Below are positions 27,989 through 64,000 of a stretch of DNA of 64,000 nt, in pieces (within the stretch, counting starts at the first letter, position 1; every line of letters begins with the position of its first letter). Location: contig CAVNZM010000006.1 of assembly GCA_963693365.1 (NCBI GenBank), forward strand, positions 5,807,264 to 5,871,263, in the 5' to 3' direction. Both the position numbers and the translations under genes were made by a program. Below the pieces are notes generated by a model, which searched no databases, had not been told where the DNA came from, and saw only the letters and a list, made by a program, of their open reading frames with translations. This DNA is from Amoebidium appalachense (taxonomy: Eukaryota > Protista > Ichthyosporea).

Positions 27989-27990
<2 letters not shown>
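27790..27990. repeat. Local tandem duplication (~60-nt core)
   Basis: AAGAAGAGAGCGAGAGAAGGAGTGGATTAGAAAAACGGAACTTACTATAT at ~27811 and ~27940, each followed by poly-C. Confidence 0.9.
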
Positions 27991-28023
<33 letters not shown>

Positions 28024-28177
28024 ACGGCTTCCCCAGCCTTCTACAGAGATTTTTACCCCACTTACCAACCCATTCATTTAGAGACAACCACTCAGACAGA
28101 TCCAGACGGACGTATGAGTGCGTACGAGAAATGGACTTGGATTCTAACCAACCAACCCCCCCCCCCCCCCCCCCCTC

Positions 28178-28231
<54 letters not shown>

Positions 28232-28301
28232 CCGCCGCGGGAACCCCCCAAGGGCCCCAACCCCCCACCTTGCAAAAAAAAAAAAAAAAAAGAAAAGAAA
28301 A

Positions 28302-28387
<86 letters not shown>

Positions 28388-29229
28388 CACACTTTCAATT
28401 AAAAAAGACTGTGCACCCACACCCAACCAAGTTCAACACATTTACTGAGACACTGCGACACCCTCCCACTCACTCCAACACTTGCATGTACACACATTGC
28501 ACATGGGCACTCCTGTACGCAAGACACAAACACAAACACAAACACAAACACAAACACAAAAATAAACACAAAGACAAAGAGAAACACAAACACACAAAAA
28601 CAGGCTGACGAAATCTGCCGGCGCGTTGGCCCTGATGACAAACTCTGGAGGTTGATACTTCGTTTTACTGCTGCTTCTCCTCGTTTTTTCCCTGTAGGCT
28701 TTTTTAGGCCCCCCTTCATGTACCCGTTGTTCACGGGAACTTGACTTACAGACCTTAGTTAGTTTTTTTCTTATTAGCTCACAAACAGGCGGATCCATGT
28801 TGGACAGTGCTTTTTTTTTTTTTTTTTTGCTCTTTTTTTCTTCCACATTTTCTCAGAGTTCATCTTTTCGCTGCCTCTCCCCCCCCCCCCCCCCCCCCCC
28901 CCCCCTCTCTCTTTCTTCTATTTTGCCCGCATTTTGTTTCGGGGGGGGGGGGGGGGGGGGGGGGGTAGGTGTAGGTGTGTTTGTGTGTGTGTGTCTGCAG
29001 CTGTGAATCGGGGCCGGGGGGGGGGGGGGGCGCGAGAGGAGGGTGTTGGGCGTGCATATGTGGGGTGGGCGGGGGAGGGCGAGGGAAATGGGAGGGGGGA
29101 GATGGAGTGGGATTGAGCAATAGTCTGCGAGAGCTCTGATGAGTGTGTGTGAAGTGATGAAAGTGAAACCTAAGCAAGGGAAAGCTTTAAAGTCTCTCAG
29201 GTCGGCCGGCCCGTGAAGAGGGTGTGTCT

Positions 29230-29302
<73 letters not shown>

Positions 29303-29663
29303 GGGGGAGGGGAGGGGGCGAGGGGGTGGAGGGGAGGGGGGGGGGGGGGGGTGGGGGGGAGGGGGGGGACTAGGTCATGATGGTAATGTGAAACGTGCTT
29401 CTATACCGGGGATGCAAATATGGGATAAGTTGTAGAAAGTGAGTGAGATCTGGGCTGGTTGTAAACGTGATCACAGATTAGAGTACTAGTTGGTGAAACC
29501 GTTGCCCTTCGATTTACCGGAACAATATATAATAATACAATGTATGTGTGTGCATGGAGAAGAAGGGAACATGTCAACATGTGTGGCCGGGCAGGCTGGT
29601 TGTGTCCAGGGCATGCATGCATGGCTCAGGTGCTCAAAAGTGGCATCTTGGGATACAACTCTA

Positions 29664-29702
<39 letters not shown>

Positions 29703-30242
29703 TTCCCTCCCCACACACTCAAACGCAAACACACACACACACACACGCACACGCACGCACGCACACACACACACCAAATGTTTACGTGCACGTGTTTATT
29801 TACTGCAAGACCGGCTTGGAACTTACAAAACCTTCATTATGTACATGTGCCATGTGTAGCAGTCAATCACGTCCAGGCTAGGTAAAAAAGGATCCGGCAG
29901 CGGAAATTAGTTTAAGTTACCTTCAATCTAAGACATGTCTACAATCATCGAGCAAAGATCTTCTTCTTTCAACAGAGTTTTAAACATTGACAAAGATACA
30001 TCATTCGCAATTTCACATGCAAAACACAGGTGCATGTGGTTGGATCAGTTACAACAAATATCGAGCAATCATTGAAACAATCATGAGCACCGCGTTTTTC
30101 ATGATATAATATACATCATGTAGATTTTGGCCTGTCCATCCACACACTCGTCACATTGCCCCACCCTATATGCGCCATTAGGCGCTATTCCACTTAGAGG
30201 CCCTAGAAGAAAAAACACGAAATGAACCCCCCCCCCCCCCCC

Positions 30243-30282
<40 letters not shown>

Positions 30283-30495
30283 TCCCTTCCTCCCCCCGGA
30301 AGGAGAAAAAAAAAACAAAACAAAAAAAAAAAAAAACACCACCACCTCCAAAAGCTCCATTCATGCAATCAGAACCCAGCAACATACCTCACATATATTT
30401 TCCTTTACGAGATGCATTACAATTACCGCATTAAATTTTCGCACGTATTGATCACCATGAATGTCGCTGAGAATCATGACAAAAGTCCACCGTCA

Positions 30496-53979
<23,484 letters not shown>

Positions 53980-55846
53980 CTCCTCACTCCGCCTCTCGAT
54001 CCCTCCCCTGACGATTCTGCCCAATCTATAAAAAAGATCCTCAAGTGTATGAAGTCTATCTCGACCTCAAAAATGAAAACGAAACTATAGTGTTTATCCC
54101 TTTCCTATTTATTCGAGATTCAATTTCGACCGGAAGTAATTGTCAGTGAAGTTCTGGTGCGAAGTTTTCACGTGTGCAACTGCCTGACTGCCCGCTCGTC
54201 ACTCTTGGGCGGGAAGATTTAGCGGGCATTAGTCTAAAGATTAATACCACATTGATGGCTGCATAATATGTGTTTGATATCATGAATGACACCATAGGAC
54301 CCATTAGCCTTCTTCATGCTGCTTGCCCCGAGTATCCGGATCCGGAGCACGGCCCTCTGGAACACATACCTTGCCCTTTCTTTTGGTAGTGGCCGTGCCA
54401 ACACAAACGTTCACATAGTAACAAAACATAAAACACACCAAAAAGCACTATCTAGGTACACTTTAGAAAGACGGGCCACCTATTTATACTAAAGACCAAC
54501 ACCTTTGTTTCCTTTGGAGCTTACTCACACACCCACTGCTTTAGTCTGAATATATATATCCCATGGGACCGGTCGAACCGAGATCTCCCTCGCCACTGCG
54601 CGTTGAAAAGGAGCACCGGTGTTTAAGAACAGTGGCTCTGGTGGTGGTGGTGGTGGGTGGGGGCGGAGGGGTGTGTGTGTGGGGGGGGGGGGGGGGGGGG
54701 GGGGGGAGGGGGGGGGGAGTCTTGGTAGAAGGACCAAAAGCGAAATTTCAACCTAAGAGGTGCCGAGGGGGAAACTAGTTGAAAGCGAAAAAAAAGAGCG
54801 CCAGCGACACCCCAGCTGCCAGCTGAAGGGGAAAGAATGGGGCGGGAGGGAAAAGCGGGTCGATGGGAGAAGGTAGGGATAGAGAGTGAGAGGGCGCGGG
54901 GGGGGGGGGGGGGGGGGGGGAGGGGGGGGGGGGGGGTAGGAGAGAGAGAGAGGGAGAGGGAGTGAGAGAGGGGAGAGAGAGCTCGAGGGGGGAGAGCGAG
55001 GGAAAGTAGACGGAGAGAGGGGGAGAGAGTGTGTGAGGGAGGGATTTCAAACTAACTCGGAGAGAGAGCAAGGGGGGACTCCTCGGAGAGGGAGTAGGGG
55101 AGACTCTCACATACACAGAGAGAAAGGGGGGGGGGGGGGGGGGGGGGGGGGGGGTGAAGGCCCCAGGAGGGATCCGGAGAGAGACTCAAGAATGACAGCC
55201 TTTCAAGTCGATATGTAGGACCATGCTTATATTCGTGTGCACCCGTACGCTGGGGGGGGGGGGGGGGGGGGGGGGCTAAGGCACTGGGGTTAAGGTTAAA
55301 AAAAAAGAGGTGCTGGCCTGGATGGAATTGGGCGGAGACGAGTTGACCGATAGAAAAGGAGAGATCAAATAGGGTCACAGCAGTGAGAGGGGGGAGACAG
55401 AGGGACAAACGGAGAGAGAGAGAGAGACAGAAGGGGACAGAGGGAAAGGGGACCGGGGTGTAGCTCTAGAGAAAAGGAGAAGCTGAGCTGCCGGGAGGCG
55501 CTCCACCTATGTTATCACCGTGACCGTCGGCGAGCAAGAGCACACTAGTTTCGAAACAGGTTACGAAAAAGGACAGCGGCCTACTTGCATGCCAGACGCA
55601 TAGGGGTCTCAGAAGAAAAGAAAGAAGGGTTTGAAAGCTAGGGGAGATGGTGAGTGGTTACGACATAAAAGGCAGAACCACGAACGACACAACTCCCTAG
55701 CCGCATCCGCAAGCATCGGCAAAACATCCACAGGCTAGTACTACTATACCCACTCTAGATCTATTACGAGAACGTGCTTGTGGACTTTTTGAGATGCCCT
55801 GGACTTTTTCTTTTTTTTCCTTCCGTGCTTTTTGGCGGGGAGGCAA

Positions 55847-55948
<102 letters not shown>

Positions 55949-56284
55949 GGAGGGGGAGCCAACCCGGGTTCGGAGACATAACAGACAGGAAGAAGGAGGA
56001 AGGTGAGGGAAAGAGAATCACTTCAAGCATAGACTATGCCGTTGGTAGTGGGGTGAGAAGCAAGCTCTATAGCGCCCATACAAGCGGTACGCAAACCAGC
56101 CTGAACGAAGTTGGCCATGGTGGCCTCGCAGGGATCTCAAAAAAGAGGCGTAGCAAGGGAGGGGGGGGGGGGGGAGGGGGGGAAGGGGGAGGATGAAGAG
56201 AAAAACAGCCAATAGTCGCAAACCCCCAACAACATCCACAAGCCTGGAATGATGATGGCACGGCACTAACATGGCACTCTCCTA

Positions 56285-56405
56285 TGATGCGTTCTGACCC
56301 CTTCGTGTTGCTCGCTCATGATCATGCTGTACCCAAGCAACCTAAATGCGTTCTGACCCCTTCGTGTTTCTCGCTCATGATCATGGTGTACCCAAGCAAC
56401 CTAAT
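56285..56405. repeat. ~59-nt tandem duplication
   Basis: ATGCGTTCTGACCCCTTCGTGTT..TCGCTCATGATCATG.TGTACCCAAGCAACCTAA occurs twice. Confidence 0.9.
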
Positions 56406-56616
56406 CTGGAAGGCGTTGGCAAACCTCGAGGGCCGATGACCCCGTCAGCAGTAGAATCTCTAACTGTTAACGTATTTAGGGCTGCATACAAAAACGTCTG
56501 TATATTTCCTATGTGCCACCGCAGCTGTCAGTATGTTGTGTTTTGTATCCTTTGTTACGGCATACTGTTTGTTGTGTTTCGATCAACCTGCACCATTTAC
56601 CGTTCGATTTGATGAC

Positions 56617-56717
56617 GTAGCATTAATTCTCTGCGCTGAGGCACGGCCCTCTGAAATAAAGATCTTTTTTTCAGAGGGCGGTGGCTGAGGCCGTGCGCAA
56701 GGGGATATTGATGCTAC
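56617..56717. repeat. Imperfect palindrome/hairpin centred on AGATCT
   Basis: CACGGCCCTCTGAAATAAAGA|TCTTTTTTTCAGAGGGCGGTG (about 21 bp, 2 mismatches), with outer arms GTAGCATTAAT / ATTGATGCTAC. Confidence 0.75.
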
Positions 56718-56775
56718 CAAAATGTAAAGCCGTTACTAAAAATAGAACGCTAAAAATAGAATTTTCGAGACGGCC

Positions 56776-58127
56776 GTGATCCGGAGCTCCCTCCTTCCGG
56801 ATGATGGGGATGGGGAGAATGATAGCGAAGAAACTGTGGAATCAGTGCGCAAAAGGAGGCGAAGTGAACGCAGCAGGAACCAAGGAGAAAGGAGGAAACG
56901 AAATCAGACTAGTGATAGTAGGAGAAACGAGAGCATTGAGGGAAAGGAGGAGGCGGAGGGAGAGGAGGAGGAGAAGGAGGAGGAAGGAGAGGACGAGGAT
57001 TATGAAGAGGAAGAGGATAGTGAAAATAGTGATGAAGAAAGCGAAAAGGAGGAGGAACACGGGGATCGCGAGGGAAGTGAAGAAACTGAGGTGAAATCAG
57101 TAGTGATGAAGAAAGCGAAGAGGAGGAATATGATGGGGTTGGGGAGGAAAGTGAAGAAGCTGAGGTGGAATCCATGCACAAAAGGAGGCGAAGTGAACGC
57201 AGCAGGAAACAAGGAGAGGGGGGGAAACGGAGGAAGACTAGTGATAGTAGGAGAAACAAGAGCATTGAGAGAAAGGAGGAGGAGGAGGAGGGAGAGGAGG
57301 AGGAGGAGGAAGGAGAGGACGAGGATTATGAAGAGGAAGAGGATAGTGAAAATAGTGATGAAGAAAGCGAAAAGGAGGAGGAACACGGGGATCGCGAGGG
57401 AAGTGAAGAAACTGAGGTGAAATCAGTGCACAAAGGGAGGCGAAGTGAACGCAGCAGGAACCAAGGAGAAAGGGTGAAACGAAGGAAGACTAGTGAAAGT
57501 AGAAGAAACGAAAGCAATGCTACCGCAAGCCGGGACGGGCCAAGCACCTGGGCTGGGCGCCTAAGAATGAGGAGTGGATGTGAAGACACGAGAAATGATC
57601 AAGCGAAGGGCCCCCAGAAACGGTGTGCTGGCGCATGTGATGATGATCATCACACGGAAGATAGCAGGGTGGCGGAAGTTTACCCAAGCAATCGAGTTTT
57701 GACACGAAGTATGGCTCATGTTGTTGAAATCAGTAGCGAAAGTGGCTATGAGATTGAGAGAGTATGTTTGAGGCGTAGCGAGAAAAGGAGAAGAACTAGT
57801 GACAGTGAAAGTTTGAAATCGAGCGAGGAGGAGAAGGAAGACGTCAGGGGGAGGTGCAGCAAGACTAGAAGGAGGCGTAGAATTGAGTGGGAGAGTGGTG
57901 ATGAGAGCAAAAGCAGTGAAGAGAGGAGGGGGAGGGTAGTTTCGTCGCTGAGTGTAGGAAGCAGAAGAGAGAGTGGGCAGCTGATAATGATCGATAGTGG
58001 CGAAGAGAGTGAAGTGGTGAATCACAGGGACCCCCAAAAAAGACGCCTTTATGTTGTTGAAAGCTCTGGGGAAGAGAGTAGGGGTAGTAAATTAGATGAG
58101 GTTTTTAGGGGTGGGTGGGGCGCATAG
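56776..58127 (+). pseudogene. Intronless acidic/basic low-complexity ORF with internal repeats and a frameshift; product unknown
   Basis: Overlapping ORFs 56776-57420 and 57165-58127 share a repeated unit (VESVxKRRRSERSRxQGE...EEEEDSENSDEESEKEEEHGDREGSEETE); frame break near 57100. Confidence 0.35.
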
Positions 58128-58298
58128 GAGAGCTAACTTGAAGCGTAGATTGGTGTTTAGCAGCGACGATGAAGAGGACCAAAATTGAGTGGATTTTGGC
58201 CATCGGTGTGATGTTTATGGAAGAACGGTGAAGATGGTCTTTGTTATTTCCTTTTAAAGGCTATACACTTTGAGGTTGAAATTCTGTATGTGCCTATA

Positions 58299-58359
<61 letters not shown>

Positions 58360-58504
58360 ATGTGTGTGTATACGCATACGGGGGGGAGGGGGGAGGGGGG
58401 GCAAAGGTCGACGTTGATTTGGAAGATGAGGAGGGGTGGGGGGCAAGGCCTCCTAAAGGTGTGCTATTTAGGAGGCCTTGGTGGGGGGCCAGGGGGGGAT
58501 TTAG

Positions 58505-58540
58505 GTGCACCAATCAGAGCGGACGCGTGTGACGTCACAG
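58505..58540 (+). promoter_or_regulatory. Putative proximal promoter cluster: CCAAT box, ACGCGT and CRE palindrome TGACGTCA
   Basis: CCAAT 58510-58514, ACGCGT ~58523-58528 and TGACGTCA 58530-58537, about 290 nt upstream of the DUF455 ATG. Motif match only. Confidence 0.35.
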
Positions 58541-58822
58541 GAGTTGCTTTAGCCATATTAGGCAAAATTGCGAAGTAACACGCTGCCCGCTAAAACAGCT
58601 GCAGCTTTCCGGTGGTTTTCAAAACCACGTGTTGAAGAATGAGTCACTCTTGTTGTAGGCACATGTACATTGAGTAGGTGTAGAAGAATAGTTTTTAGAG
58701 TGGCGTATGTCGCATGTGTGAGCTTAGGAGGCGACCTTACGGATGTTTGTAGTTCATGACAATCGCAAGTGCAATGATGGTAAGGCTTGACCAACAGCAA
58801 GAAACCTTAAAATAGAAGGAAA

Positions 58823-63739
<4,917 letters not shown>

Positions 63740-63776
63740 GTAGCCCATCCCCCCTCCCCCCTCCCCCCTCCAACCT

Positions 63777-63809
<33 letters not shown>

Positions 63810-64000
63810 TCCTCGTCTGCCCTCTCCCCCCCCCTCCCCCCCCTCCCCCGCCCCGTCTGCGTTGTTGTTGCTCCCCCCATCCCTCTCCCCCTTCCTCTCG
63901 TCTCCTCCCCTTGGTGCCCCACCCAACACATCCATATCTCTTGCGCCTATCTTCTTTCTCACTGCCCTCCCCCTGTTCATGCCCCACTGCCACCACCCGC

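Noticed and set aside
28030-30120. Short unique segments (e.g. ORF 28442-28846) as another gene
   Set aside because: No coherent exon chain or motif could be built; may be UTR or intergenic.
54129-54137. ACCGGAAGT ETS-like motif upstream of XPO4
   Set aside because: A single short match with no supporting evidence.

Overview
This window is from an intron-rich eukaryotic genome, probably a unicellular opisthokont or holozoan (inferred from SMIM8, retained U12 introns and gene similarity). Its introns are filled with poly-C/poly-G and (CA)n/(GT)n tracts, so almost all six-frame ORFs are microsatellite artefacts. Manual splicing gives four clean genes: DRG2/RBG2 GTPase (+, 16 exons, 367 aa), SMIM8 (-, 2 exons, 84 aa), exportin-4 (-, 27 exons, 1100 aa, with two minor-spliceosome introns) and a partial DUF455 ferritin-like gene (+, runs off the right end). 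Between SMIM8 and XPO4 lies a ~9-kb disrupted multidomain gene. Its apparent architecture is NMNAT-like nucleotidyltransferase + NMP kinase + possible 2H phosphoesterase + capping-enzyme-like NTase + Zn ribbon + Rnl1-like RNA ligase + F-box. Other signals are a ~150-nt intronic repeat found only sense to its host gene and ending in poly-C, (CA)n in place of polypyrimidine tracts, local duplications of splice junctions, and a tRNA-derived element. All domain calls come from motif recognition by eye, not database searches.
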